A stretch of 64,000 nucleotides of DNA from Lama guanicoe (taxonomy: Eukaryota), in NCBI GenBank assembly GCA_013239625.1, contig MU053934.1:8701352-8765351 (forward strand), in the 5' to 3' direction. Shown here in pieces: positions 47,226-60,395 of this stretch. The position numbers and the translations under genes are program-made. Under the pieces are notes generated by a model that saw nothing but the letters and a program-made list of their open reading frames with translations, had not been told where the DNA came from and did no database searches. Position 1 is the stretch's first letter; every line of letters starts with the position of its first letter.

Positions 47226-49224
47226 AGGGACTTAATTAAACTTAAAAGCTTTTGCACAGAAATGGAGACTATTGACAAAATGAAAAGACAACCTACCAAA
47301 TGGGAGAAAATATTTGCAAACAATGCGATTGACAAAGGCTTAATTTCCAGAATATACAAACAGCTCACCCAACTCAGCGACAACAACAACAACAAAATAA
47401 ACAACCTACTAAAAAAATGGGCAGAAGACCCAAACAGACAGTTCTCCAATGAGACATACAGGTGGCCAATAGGCACATGGGAAGATGCTGAACACCGCTA
47501 ATGCTCAGAGAAACGCAAATCAAAACTACAGTGAGGCATCACCTCACACCAGTCAGAATGGCCATCACTCAAAAGTCCACAAATGACAAATGCTGGAGAG
47601 GCTGTGGAGAAAGGGGAACCCTCCTGCACTGCTGGTGGGAATGTAATTTGGTGCAGCCACTATGGAAAACAGTATGGAGATTCCTTAAAACACTGAAAAT
47701 AGACTCACCATATGATCCAGCAGTCCCACTCCTGGGCATATATCCAGAGGAAACGCTAATTCAAAAGATACATGCACCCCAGTGTTCACAGCAGCACTAT
47801 TTACAACAGCCAAGACATGGAAACAACCTAAATGTCCATTGACAGATGACTGGATAAAGAAGTTGTGGTGTATTTATACAACAGAATACTAATCAGGCAT
47901 AAAATAAAATAATGTCATTTGCAGCAACATGGATGGACTTGGAGATCGTCATTCGAAGTGAAGTAAACCAGAAAGAGAAAGACAAACACCATATAATATC
48001 ACTTCTATGTGGGATCTTTAAAATGACACAAATGAACTTATTTACAAAACAGAAACAGGCACACAGACATAGAGAACAAACTCATGATTACCAACGGGAA
48101 AGGGTGGGGGAAAGATAAATCAGGAGTTTGGGATTAACAGATACAAACCGCTATAGATAAAACAGATAAACAACAAGGTCCAACTGCAAAGCACAGGGAA
48201 CTGTATCAATAGCTTGTAGTAACTTATAATGAAAAAGAATATATATAAAAAATTAAATTAAATTAAAAAAATAAGTGTATGTATAGCTGAATCACTATGC
48301 TGTATACCAGAGACTAACACAACATTGTAAATCGACTATACTTTCAATTAAAAAAATAAAAATGATTTTTTTGAATGGGCAGAACTGAAAGACATTTTTC
48401 CAAAAGGGAAATACAGATGGCCAACAGGCATATGAAAAGATGCTCAACATCACTAATCATCAGGGAAATACAAATCAAAGCCACAATGAGATATCACCTC
48501 ACACCTGTCAGAAGGGCTGTCATCAAAAAGACCACAAATAACAAATGCTGGCGAGGATGTGGAGAAAAGGGAACCCATGTGCATACACTGTTGGTGGGAG
48601 TGTAAATTGGTGCAGCCACTGTGGAAAGCAGTATGGAGATTTCTCAAAACACTAAAAATAGAGTTACTATATGACCCAGCAACTCTACTCTGGGGTATGC
48701 ATCCAAAAGAAACAAAAACACTAAATTGAAAAGATCCATGCACCCCAATGTTCATAGCAGCATTATTTACAATAGCCAAGACATGGAAGCAAACTGTCCA
48801 TCAACAGCTGAATGGATAAAGGAGCACGGGGGGTGTGTGTGTGTGTGTGTGTGATGGAATACCACTTGGCCATAAAAAAGAATGGAATTTTGCCATTTGC
48901 AGCAACGTGGATAGACTTGGAGGGCATTATGCTAAGTGAAATAAGTCAGACAGAGAAAAACAAATACTGTATGATACCACTTATATGTGGAATCCAAAAA
49001 ATACAACAAACTAGTGAATACAACAAAAAAGAAGCAGACTCACAGATACAGAGAACAGTGGAGGGCGGGGGAAGGGCAATGTAGGGGTGGGTGAGGGGAG
49101 GTACAAATTACTGGGTACAAGACAGGCTGTACAACACGGGGAATAGAACCAATATTTTGTAATAACTGTAAATGGAAAATAACCTTCAAAATTGTATTAA
49201 AAAGGAAAAAAGTTTTTTTAAAAC
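47226..49224 (+). mobile_element. Compound L1 insertion: two L1 3' ends (47226-~48362 and ~48374-49224) within one TSD
   Basis: ORF2 remnants ([27 protein letters not shown]...[34 protein letters not shown]) and two different 3'UTRs. TSD AAAAAGTTAAACTG at 47212-47225 and 49225-49238. Confidence 0.9.
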
Positions 49225-50209
49225 AAAAAGTTAAACTGGAAGAAGGGTTTAGCCCACAAAGAAGTAGTCTTCAGTTAGTCTTCAGTTATGTGAAAATTCA
49301 TTTGTAGCAAAAGCAGCATTCTCTCCTGCTGCTGGGTAATAGCAGTCTTACTATAACTAGATTAGCTTCATTAAAACTATTTTTGAATATCAATCGTAAA
49401 AATCAAGTTGTATGCAGGGCCTTAGAGTATCATGATCACAGAGCTCTCAATGTTAACAGCTTAGCTTTCGCGAAACTAAGAAGAAATCGCCCACACATAT
49501 TTCCTTTCAGGTCTTTGCACATCATTTGTCTTCCGGATACATTATTCTTCCCTTCCAAGATATTTCTAGAAAAGTAGGGAGTTCAGAATGACTTCTGTCA
49601 ATTTTCAAGCTCACCTCAGTGGAATGAGAGAGATCTTCTTTTTTTTTTAATTTATTTTTAACACCTATATTGTAGTAAAATTTCTGTACAGTAAACTACA
49701 CATATTTCACACGTATAGTTTGATGAATTTTGATGGATGTGTACACCCATGAAACCACCACCACAATCAAGACTGCTAACATTTCCGTCACTCCCCCAGA
49801 GGTGCAAATTTTGAATTCCCAGTGTATCCCTTCCCACCCCCTTTCCCCGTGGTAACCACAGGTTTGTGAGCACCATCTTCTTAATGTGTCTATTCATTAT
49901 GAAGAGTGAGGAGTGAAGTCCTTGCCACAGACCAGGGCTTCACTCTTTCCAAGCAGTGTCGAGCCATCCTCTGGGAGCTGGAGGAGACTTCACATCGGCT
50001 CAAAACAATCTCATAGATTCCTGCAGGCTGGCTGTGCAAGGCAGAGCAGGGCACACGCAGACAAGACAGAACTGGTTCCTGCCTCTGAGAAATTTCTAAT
50101 CTGGTGATGGATAAGGCTCCCATGCAATAACCAACAGGGAAGACCATTTGCTCACACCCCTGCCGTGGGAATTTAAGGGGAAAAAAAGATGTGTCCAGCT
50201 AAAGGGATC

Positions 50210-51180
50210 AGGAAAATGCTCACAGCTTCACAAGAGAAGATATATGAATAAACACGTGGAAAGATACAGGGAAATGTAAATGAAGATCACAGTGAGGTAC
50301 TCTACACACACATTAGAATGGCTAAAATTTTTATTTAAACATAAAATCCAATATCAAGAGTTGAAGAGAATGTAGCAGACCTGAATCACTCCCACATGGC
50401 TGGTGGGAGTGAAAAACGGTACAACCGCACAAGGAAACTGCCTGGCCTCTTCTTGGAAAGTTCAACAGACACCTGCCATACAGCCCAGGAATTTCACAAC
50501 TAGGTACTAACCTGAGAGAAGTGAAAGCATTTGTTCACACAGAGGCTTGCGCACAAGTGTTTATAGCAGCTTTCTAGCCCCAAACTGAAAACAACCCACA
50601 CGTCCATCAACAGGCAAATGGATAATTAAGTCCTGGTGTGTCCATACACTAGCATGACACCCAGTATTAAAAGAAATTAATTACTGACACACACAAGAAC
50701 CTGAACAAATCTCAAAATTGTTATGCTGACACAGGGAACTATATTCAATATGTTATAACAACCTTTAACGAAAAAGAATATGAAAATGAATATATGTATG
50801 TGTATGCATGACTGGGACATGATCCTGGATGCCAGAAATTGACACATCGTAACTGACTATATTTCAATTAAAAAAAATCATTATGCTGAGTGAAAGGACC
50901 CAGACACAAAAGAGTTTATGTTGTAGGAGTCCGTTTTCATGCAACTCCAGAAAATGCAAGCAAATGTCTGGTGCCAGAAGGAAGCTTGGAGGTTGCCTGG
51001 CAGAGAGGGGAGGGAGAAACCAGGACACTGGGGGTGATGAACACGTTCTGAATCTTCACTGCAGCCAGTTTCGCAAGCACAAACACCTGTCAAAACTCAT
51101 CAAATTGTATCAGTTAAATAGATACTGCTTATTGTACATAAATTATACCTCAAGAAGGGAATTATTAAAAAGTGTATAAA
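50210..51180 (+). mobile_element. Old L1M(C/D) 3' end containing a short younger L1 tail (50730-50873)
   Basis: L1 ORF2-end and 3'UTR motifs. The inner insert is flanked by AAAATTGTTATGCTGA (50714-50729) and AAAATCATTATGCTGA (50874-50889). Confidence 0.85.
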
Positions 51181-51324
51181 GCCACAAGTACAAAAGGAGA
51201 GGGGAGGAAGAAAAGCAAACAGAAAATATCAATACAGGTTTTTAACAGTTTTTTGAGATTTAATTGATATTCCCCAAACTACACATATTTAATGGGTATA
51301 TTTTGATGAGTTTGGAGAGACAGA

Positions 51325-51376
51325 TAAGGGAGAAAGGAAGGAAGGGAGGGAGGAAGGGAGGAAGGAAGAAAGGAAG
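51325..51376. repeat. Polypurine (GGAA/GGGA)n tract
   Basis: AAGGGAGAAAGGAAGGAAGGGAGGGAGGAAGGGAGGAAGGAAGAAAGGAAG, followed by an MLT1 fragment at ~51390-51565. Confidence 0.85.
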
Positions 51377-53680
51377 TCTCTTCCTGGCTTGCAGACAGTT
51401 GTCAAGTGAGGACACAGCATGAAGGCAGCTGTCTGCAAGCCAGGAAGAGAATCCACTGATGTTCTTACCCTGATCTCACACCTCCAGCCTCCAGAATTGT
51501 GGGAAATAAATGCCTGTTATTCGAGCCTCCCAAGTTGGGCTATTTTGTTACTGGGGCCCAAGCAGTCCCTCCCCTCTGCGACCTGCCACTCCCAGGCTGC
51601 CCTCCTGTTCACCCACGCAGACCGCCCCATGGAGGCTGCAATGGCTAAGGTCGCCCGTGCCAAAGCCAGGCGGCTTACTGATGTCTTGACTTCTGATTCC
51701 ATTGTGCACTGTGACTCTCGGATTTCCTCCAGGTCTGACTTTTCTGGACATCTGGCAGCTCCCCTTGATGGCCCAGCAAGCACCCCACACAGACCAGACT
51801 TCCCTACTCAACCCTCTCCAGTCTCCCAAGTCCCAGTCTTCCAGATGCTCAGGCTACAAAGTTTGGAGTCCTCGCCACTCCCCTCTCATTCCCACACCCA
51901 ATCCATCAGCAATCCTGTGTCTCTGCCTTTGAGATACGTCCAGACTGACCCCTTCTCGCCTCCTCTGCAGCCACCACCATCGGAACCAGAGACTGCTGGA
52001 CGGTTTTGATCTCCTGATGGACACCCTGCTTCCACACTCCCCTCTCGTCTTAACACGCGGGCCCTGGTGGTCCTCTTAGACCTAAGTCAGAGCATGTTCT
52101 TCTCCTGCTGCAAATGCTACAGCAGTTCCCAGCGGCACTTGGTGAGACCCGAGCCCTCACCATGGCTGGTGGGGTTCCAGATGCCAGGACACCCTGATCC
52201 TCCTCCCTCTCCTTCAAGGCTCCTGAACAGCCTCCCTCCTCTCCGCGCTCACCACGGCCCCAGCATCTGGGCCTAGGCCAGAGCATCGACTTCCCAACAG
52301 ACTTCCCTCACCCTCCTTGCTCCTGCTCCACCCTCACAGCTCCATCCAACAGCCCCCGAAACATGAGCTCTGGGAAGGCTGCGGGAGCCCAACGCTCCCC
52401 TGCTTTACACCCCTTCAGGGGTTTTCAGAACACGTAGGACAAAGCTCAGTTCTCGGTTCTGCCTGATGGACCTCAAGGTGTGGCCTTCGCTCTCAGCTCC
52501 TGCACCTTCCCCACACCAGGGCACGCACCCACCTTGCTCCTGTACAGCAGGGCACTGTCAGGGGAGGGGTGGTCGGCTCCAGGGGTCCCCTCCCGGCCCT
52601 GCCGCCCGCTCCCCGCCCCACGCCACACACTGTGCCTGCTGCCTGGGCAGGAGCTCCTCACCCCTCCTTGTCTCGCTAATTCCTCTTTGGCCTTCAAGAC
52701 TCAGCTCTGGGATCACGTTCTTCTAGAAGCTTCCCTTAATTAAATGAGGTATTTAACCAAACGTTTGTTGAACATGGAGTGAGTTCAGTACCGGGGGCTG
52801 TTTCAAAGGACTTCGAGCTGGACCTGCCCGGTCCCACTACCTTGAACTAGTCCCACTGACGTGGAGGCTCAGGATGTGGCTTCCTGGGCAGCAGGTGTCT
52901 TGTGAAAAACTCCCTTTGATGTACCTCTGCCACCGACGCTTTGAGCGTAGCTGGTCTAGAAACACGAGCAGCTGAGGTCTGAGCGCCGGCTCGGCGCGGG
53001 TGGGCACTGTGCTGGGTGCTCGGTGCGGCGTAATACTCGCATACCCCGTGTAATAATAGGTACTGTTATCGCTCCTGTTTTGTAAGATGAAATAACTGGG
53101 GCTTAAAGGGTTCCTCGCTCCAGGTCACCCAGCTGGTAAGGACAGAGCTTCTCACAGCTAAAAAGGATCTCGGGGACCCTGTGACCCGGGGGCTCTTCAC
53201 CCCAGTGCATTAGAACCACCTGGGAGCTTCACAATGCGTTTCTCCTAGAGGTTCTGATTCAACCCGTGTTGCTGTCCTCTCTCCCCAGGGGACCCTCAGG
53301 CACGGCCAGAATTGAGACCCACTGGCCAGTCCAACACTTTGATTTTACAGGTAGGGAAACTGAGGCCGGGAGAGCCCAGATGGCGTTTCCAGGTCACACA
53401 CAATTCTTGACGGAAGGAGGACTAACATGCAGGTTTTCTAACACCCCATCCGACGTTCTTCCCAACATGCCGGTGTTTTCCCAAGACCATCACCCCTCTT
53501 AAGGAGGACAGCGTGGGCTTCTCCAACTGAAGACAGTAGGAGCTCAGACACGTTCCAACTTTCTGGTCAGTGCGATCCCGGGTGGGGAACACTGAAGGGC
53601 AATCTCCCCAGCCTGGCGGGAGAAGGAAACAAAAGAGGTCCTCCCGGAGGCGAGAAACCCCGACAACCCAAACTACGCTC

Positions 53681-53697
53681 CAGCGCCATCTAGTGAC
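53681..53697 (-). promoter_or_regulatory. Candidate CTCF site
   Basis: CAGCGCCATCTAGTGAC; the reverse complement GTCACTAGATGGCGCTG is close to the CCASYAGRKGGCRS core. Lies in locally CpG-retaining unique sequence. Confidence 0.6.
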
Positions 53698-53919
53698 ACG
53701 GAGAGGGGTGACTCAGAGGTTTCAGAAGCTGGGATGGATGAAACCGACTTGGTTCAATGCAACTGGAGCTTTGGAAACAGAGGGAAGTCCTCAGATGACA
53801 GGCCTCGCGGGTGGAGGTGGCCACAGAATTGTCACCAAGGAGGTGAGAGTTGAGGGAAGGTAGGCATGTACATTAAAACAAAGCATTTTATTGAGAAAGG
53901 AAAAAGAGAGTTGGGTCTA

Positions 53920-54515
53920 GCAGGTCTTCAAAAAATTAAACGTAGAATTACCATATATGACCCAGCAATCCCCCGTCCAGTGTGTACACAAAAGAACCGA
54001 AAGCAGGGCATCGACCAGGTACCTGTTCCCCACGTTCACAGCGCCTCTATTCACAATCGCCAAATGGAGGAAACAACCCAAGTGCCCACTGAGGATGGAC
54101 GGGTAAACAAAATGTGGTATATACATAAAATGAAACATTATTCAGCCTGAAAAAGGAAGGAAGTTCTGCCACATGCTACAACATGGCTGAACCTCGAATT
54201 ATTGCAGAATGAAATAAGCCAGAAACAAAAGGACCAATACTGTGGTCCCACTACACGAGGCGCCCAGAGCAATCAAATTCATGGAGACAGAAAGTAGGGT
54301 GGTGGTTGCCAGGGGCTGGGGGAGGGGGGAAGTTGGGGGGGGGCTTGTGTTTAATGGTACAGAGTTTCAGCTTGGGAAGATGAAAAAGTCCTGGAGATGG
54401 ACGGTGGCGGTGCTCGCAGCAATGCCGGTGTATGTAACACCACTGAACTGGGCACTCAGGAAAAGGTTAAAATGATCAGTTTTATGTTCTGTATATTTTA
54501 CCACAATAAGAAAGA
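53920..54515 (+). mobile_element. L1MB-like 3' end
   Basis: AGAATTACCATATATGACCCAGCAATCC...AAAATGTGGTATATACAT...GAGACAGAAAGTAG...TATATTTTACCACAATAA. Confidence 0.88.
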
Positions 54516-55889
54516 GGGAGAAAGTTAGGTTCAAGGCCCGACGTGCTCAGTCAGACCGAACTGAGCAGCGCTCCGCAGAATCGGGTCGGCCTTCATCCTC
54601 CCCTCACCTGTTCACCCACTCACCAGCAAATGCTGACACCACCACGTGCCAAGAACTATTCCAGGCATGGAATCAAAACCCAAAGGGCAAAAGTCCCCAC
54701 CTCGGCGGTGTCCACAGTCCGATGGCAACAACCAGAAAAGCAAGGAAATACCTGGCGGGACAGGTGATGATGCTGCTTGAGGAAAGAGAGCGGGGCCGGG
54801 CCTGGGCTGAGGCTTGAAGGGGAGGGAAGGGAAGGAGTTTCTGACACAATGACATTCGACAAAGGACCATGAAGACAGTGGGCTGCATCTAAGCAAATGG
54901 ACCTCAGGTGCATGAGTGCTGCCGGGCACCCCTCCTGGTGCTGGAGGTGGGGGAGGAGTGGGGCTGAGGCCAGAGAGGCGGCCAGGGTCAGACCCTGCAG
55001 GGCCTGGCTGGCCATCTGAGGACTGTGGCTTTCCCCATGAATGACATGGGAGCCACGGGGCAGGGGAGTTTGGGCAGAGGAGGGTCTTAGGATTTAACAG
55101 GATCACTGGGGCTACTGTGAAAGAATAGACTAAAAGGAGACACAGGTGGAGAAGAAGACGAGTCGGGAGCCACTGGAGAAATCCAGGGGACAACAGAAGC
55201 TTGACTGAGGGGTCCCTGGGGAGGGGGCTGATGGGGGGTGGTCCGATTCTGGGTCCACATCAGGAGCCAAGGGATTTCCTGATGGCGTGGAGGCGAGTGC
55301 TTGGCCTCTGTCCACAGTGCCTGAGGGACAGGGCTGTCCATTTAGTGAGAGAGGTGTGGGTTTGGGGAGAGAAGCTTCAACATTACATTCATCCTGGGGC
55401 ATACTGAGTCTGAGAAGACAACGCGAGAGCCAAGGGGAGAGGTGGAGGAGACACACAGGTGGGATGTGTGGGGACAAGTCCGGGCTGGGAAGGGATGCGA
55501 CTTGAAGCCATGATGCGATCACACAGGGAGTGAATGCAGATGAGGAGGAGTGAGCCCCCAGCACGCAGAGACGGGAGAGACGGAGAGGATTCCAGAGGGG
55601 CCTGCAAAGGAGAAAGGGTGTCCTAGGAAGTCAGAAGAAAGCATTTCCAGGAGGAGACACTGGTCAACCGAGTCAAATGCTGCTGACGAGTAAGATGATG
55701 AGGACTGAGAAAGTGACCATTGGACCCAGCAACATGGCAGCCCCTGACCTTGACAAGTTAGACCTTGACAAATGAGGACTGGAGTAGGAAGTTCTAATTT
55801 TGTCATCCCTGTACCCCCGAGGACCAGGATGCTTGGTGGGGAAGAAAAGAGATGCACGTGGAATCTGGAAGAGGTTAAGGAAAACCCTT

Positions 55890-56740
55890 GCAGAGCGGGG
55901 GTCCCCCCATGAGCAGTATCACCAGATGGCCAAATAGGAGGTGGAGGAAGCGTCTCTTCCTAGAAGCACTGCGACCATAAGAGAAAAGCAACGAGAGGGC
56001 ATCACCGTTCTGCAACACCCAAAGCACTGGTGGACCTCAGTATCAATCAACATCTGCTGACATCACCAGAAAAGAGATGGCCAGACATTACAATCCCCTC
56101 TAAATAAAAGAGAAAGAAAGAAAGAAGCAGCAACGGCATCAGGAGTCTGGCTCCCGGCAGACAGAGGAACGAGCTAAGCCGCACCACGAGGAGGACGCGG
56201 TCAGGCAGAGCCAGCCAGCAGGAGGCGCGGCGGGCCAAACCGCGCCGGTCCTCTGCGGATACGCTGTAAAGGAAAACGCACTTTTAAAGAGCACAGAGGG
56301 GAAAAGAAGACTAAAAGAGCTGGAAAATATACTGAAAGTCTGAATGAGGCGAAAGTAAACTGTAGCGTCCAGGGATATGCATTTGAGTCCGATCAAGAAA
56401 CACGAGGACGTGATGACTATGGAAGTCAGGCTGACTGGGAGGGGCCTGGGATTGCGACAGGCCTGCGGGGGTGCTTCGGGAACACTTGCCAAGTCCTCGT
56501 GCTTGACCTGAGCGGGGTTAAAGGGTACTATTTGTCATTGATTGTTTATTAAGGTGCACGTTTGTTCTGTTTCTTCCTGTATACAGCCCCCAGGGGGCAT
56601 TCTGGAAACGTGAAAAAGCTCTGGAAATGGATGGTGGTGATGGCTGCACAACAATGTGAATGTACCTCATGCCACTGCGCTGTGCACTTAATAATGATCC
56701 AAGTGGCCCATTTTATGTTTTGCATATTTTATCACAAGAA
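55890..56740 (+). mobile_element. Old L1MC/ME and L1MB 3'UTR fragments
   Basis: CCCATGAGCAGTATCACC...CTGACATCACCAGAAAAGAGA..CCAGACATTA; CTGGAAATGGATGGTGGTGATGGCTGCACAACAATGTGAATGTAC. Confidence 0.6.
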
Positions 56741-59509
56741 GCAAGAGAGGGCGGCGTCACCCAGGTAGGTAGTTAGCAGCGCCCTCTCACACTGAAGCTG
56801 CCGTTTGGCTGGTCCCCTGGAACATTTTCTTCTCCACTTCTGTCTTTTCTCTTCTTAATAGACACAGGCCCCACCTTCTGTGTAAGAATCACCTACAGAG
56901 TTTGTAAATGCAGGTTCCAGGGCCCCTCCCCACGTCCAGATGCAGTCAGCTCATAGGTCGCCCTTTGGGAAAGACCCCTGTGGCCTCCCGCGTCTGCTGC
57001 ATTGACCGAGTCAGGTGAGGCGAGTCCTTACTTTCCTGCTAGGACACTCCTGCCTGTCCCCACGCTCAGGACGACAGTGTGGAATTGCTTAGTGCAGAGC
57101 TCCTGGTGGGAGTTGTCGTCATCATGTCATCATCGTTGCCACTGTCACCACCACCAGGATCAGAGGGGCGGGGCATTTGAACAAGAGGTGGTCCTGAGTT
57201 AGACACCAAAGCAGAGGCTGTCTGTCTACACCGTTAGCACTCACGTGGCCTTTCCTCCACGCCTTACACACGTTACAAAGGATTTATTGGGAAAGAGTCG
57301 GGGCTGGGTGCCAGCCAAACGGCAAGTTGTGCGTGGAAATACCGACAGGGATTCGGTGATGCTTACGAACCCACGACGTACAGGTGGAGTTAGGGACCGG
57401 GGTTCCAGGAGAGGGGCCCGCCGGTTTTTCTCCCACCTGCTTTCTGGAAAGGGTGATGTGATGTGACACACCACCCCCGCCCCCTCCACCCCTACCCAGC
57501 TCTGACAACTCTGGAGAGCTATTACGATCTATCAGGTGAAAAAATCATTTACTTTACAAAGTGGTGTGATTTTCACCACCGGCTGTAAGTAACAGCAGCA
57601 GAGAATCATTTCGGCTGGCTGAGTGCATAATCTGTGTGTGCTAAACTTCTCTAAGCGTGGATTTACACAGTGAAGGAAATTAGCCCCCGGGGACCTGCTC
57701 GGCGCCGCGGAGGAAATAGCGTGCGCTTCGTAGATGGGCTGAGGATGCAGACGGACCACTGCTGGGACTCACCGTGGTCCCTCTGGGAGACTGTCGAACA
57801 CTCCGAAACTTCTGCACAAATCCTTCCATGGTAAGGCAGGGGCCCCAGGGATCACGCACCCAGCCAGCAAATAGGCTTGAGGCCCGGCTCGTCTGCCACC
57901 AGACAGCGGAAGGGAAAAGCAGAGGAGGCGGCCCAAGGTGCCCCCTTGCCTCTCCCTCCTTCATCACATGGCCAGACTGTGCCCGTGACTCACAGCAACA
58001 GAGTCAGACAGCAGACGAGAAATCATCTGGGCTCCTCTGCTGCTGTCGTGGACCCGGGGCTGTGGTCTTGAAGAAGAGTGTTGGAGTCGTGGCGGAAGGT
58101 GTTTCGGGACCTGACTGGCTCCTTGCCCCAGTCTCTCCGTTCCCCATGGAACGGTCCCCTGGGTCCTCGACGGAGACCTCAACCCACCCCGGGGAATGCT
58201 CATCCTGTCTGGAGGCTGGACCCTTCAAGGGGCCCCGGGCTGGGCTCTACTCAGGGTCATCAGGACAGAGACTTGAGGAACTGGTGGTTTTTAGGGGGAA
58301 AAGCAGGTACAAAATTATATAAACAGCAGGCATGGAGCTCACTCAAGTAGAAAGAAAGAAATAGGCCAGCCCATCACCCACAGCTAACTTTCAGAGTCAG
58401 CTGTCTCCTAGTTTTCTGCATTTTCTAAAATTTTCTTGAATGGACATGCAAGAAACAAAGTAATTTCCCTCCTGCGATTGACACCTGCTCTTTCTTCCTG
58501 CTCAGACTCCTTTCCCTTTGCTTTCTTACTGCCTCCTGCCCCTCCTTCCCCAACTCCACGAAGTTCTGCTTGGATGTCCTTTCTTCTCCCGAGTCAGGGG
58601 GAGCTCATGAGCCAGCCTGGCCAGAGACAGCTGTGGTGCCTGGTGGGCGTGGAGGCGCCCGTCAGCTGGGCGGAGCTGGACATGTGAGAAGAGAATCTCT
58701 CTCCTTTAGGGGAGGGTCACGTAAGCCTGGAGCTGCCGATTGTGCGGCTGCACAGAGAAAACCTGTTTCTGAGCTAAGCCCACGAATGAGAAGACAGAGC
58801 TGAGGGACAGAGCCCGAGTCCTGGGGACGGCACTTGAGCCCCAAGTTCAGCATGACTGAAGCCGGCCTTACGAGTTCTTTTTACTGAACTGATAACTTTC
58901 CTTCTGGCCTGAGCAAGTCTGGGTGGAATTCCGCACCCCTTGCAAACGAAAGACTCTCGGTGCCACTGCCTTGCGGGGCCGTGACACTGCTTAGAAAGGC
59001 AAGAGACACTGGCGGCAGCGGCCGGTGGGTGTCCTCGGTGTCAAGGCTGCCCCCAGATGGGTTTTGTTGGCCCATATGGGATTAAAAGTTTGATTCAAGA
59101 CCTTAACATCTGGATTTTATCTATAACTCCAGGTTTTCTGTCCTCTGAAAATAATCTCAAGACCTGGCAACCCTGGGCCTCTGTCCTGCATGGCAACAGT
59201 GGGCTGGAGCTGCAAAGGGGCTGCCCTTTGGACGGGGCTTTCATTCTCTAACAGACCCCACGTCTCCTTCCTTGCTCCCCAGCACTGTGGCTGGATGTCA
59301 CTTGGCATTTGTGATTGACCTGCAGGACTGACGGCCCCCAGTGAATCCCACCACCTGGGCTCGGTGTCCCTGTGTGGCCCCACCCCTGCTTACCCCTGCC
59401 AGGCCATGTGACCTGCTTTAGCCAATGAGGCGGCAGCATGTAACAAAAGCAGGGGTCGGTAAGCCTTGGTGCTGGGTGGGCTCTTTGGCCACGTGGAGAG
59501 AGGGGCAGA

Positions 59510-60395
59510 GAGCTAGGAAGTGCTTACAGGACGATAGGGACACATCAACAAATATGGACTCTGCCTTTGAAAAGGCTGCCATTGGCCAAATCTAGGATGG
59601 TTTGAGCGTAAAAATAAATCATGGCACTAACAATGAAAATCCACTGAGTGTAACAAGAAACCATAAATCTATACAGATAGAAATAAATAAATGAATATAT
59701 TGAGAGTTAATGATCATGAGATGAAGGCGCTTGCAGAGTTTGAAAGAACCTCCCCATAAAATGGCAGAAAACAAGGGGAAGGACTAACTCTTACTGTAAA
59801 AGACAAGGTGGCCCGGCAGACGCCCCCTCCATCACGGTCAAAGGAACATGAAGAACGAGGCCAGGCGAAACCACGAGCCACCCGTGGGGCCCAGTGGGGA
59901 AAACAAGGCAGCTTTCCTGTGGTTGTTCTGCCAGATTGGTTGCTTGACCAGGAGGAAGGGCAAACAACGGGAAGTATAGGGGAAGAAAAAGAAAATTACC
60001 TAATAGTTCAAAAACATTATCCTCCAAGAGAAATGGAAACACATGTCCACACAAAGCTGTTCACGAATGTCCAGAACAGTACCGTTACTCACAAGAGCCC
60101 GAAAGCAGAAACAAATCAAATGTCCAGATGTGGTGAGTGTATCCAGACGTTCCTCAGTATAAAGGACTGAAGCACTGACCTTCACGACAACGTGGATGAA
60201 CCTCACAGACATTACGCTCCGTGAAAGGAGCCAGTCACCAAAGACCACGTACTGTGTGACCCCCAGACATGTGAAACGTGACCTCAGGCATGAGAAACGT
60301 CCAAAAGAGACAAATCCACAGAGACGGAAAGTAGACTCATGGTTTCCAGGTGCTGGGGGAGGGAGGAAAGGGGAGTAACTGCCAGTGGGGTCGGC
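59510..60395 (+). mobile_element. Old L1M 3' fragments
   Basis: GCCATTGGCCAAATCTAGGA...AAAATAAAT; CCAAGAGAAATGGAAACACATGTCCACACAAA; GGATGAACCTCACAGACATTACGCT. Confidence 0.7.
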
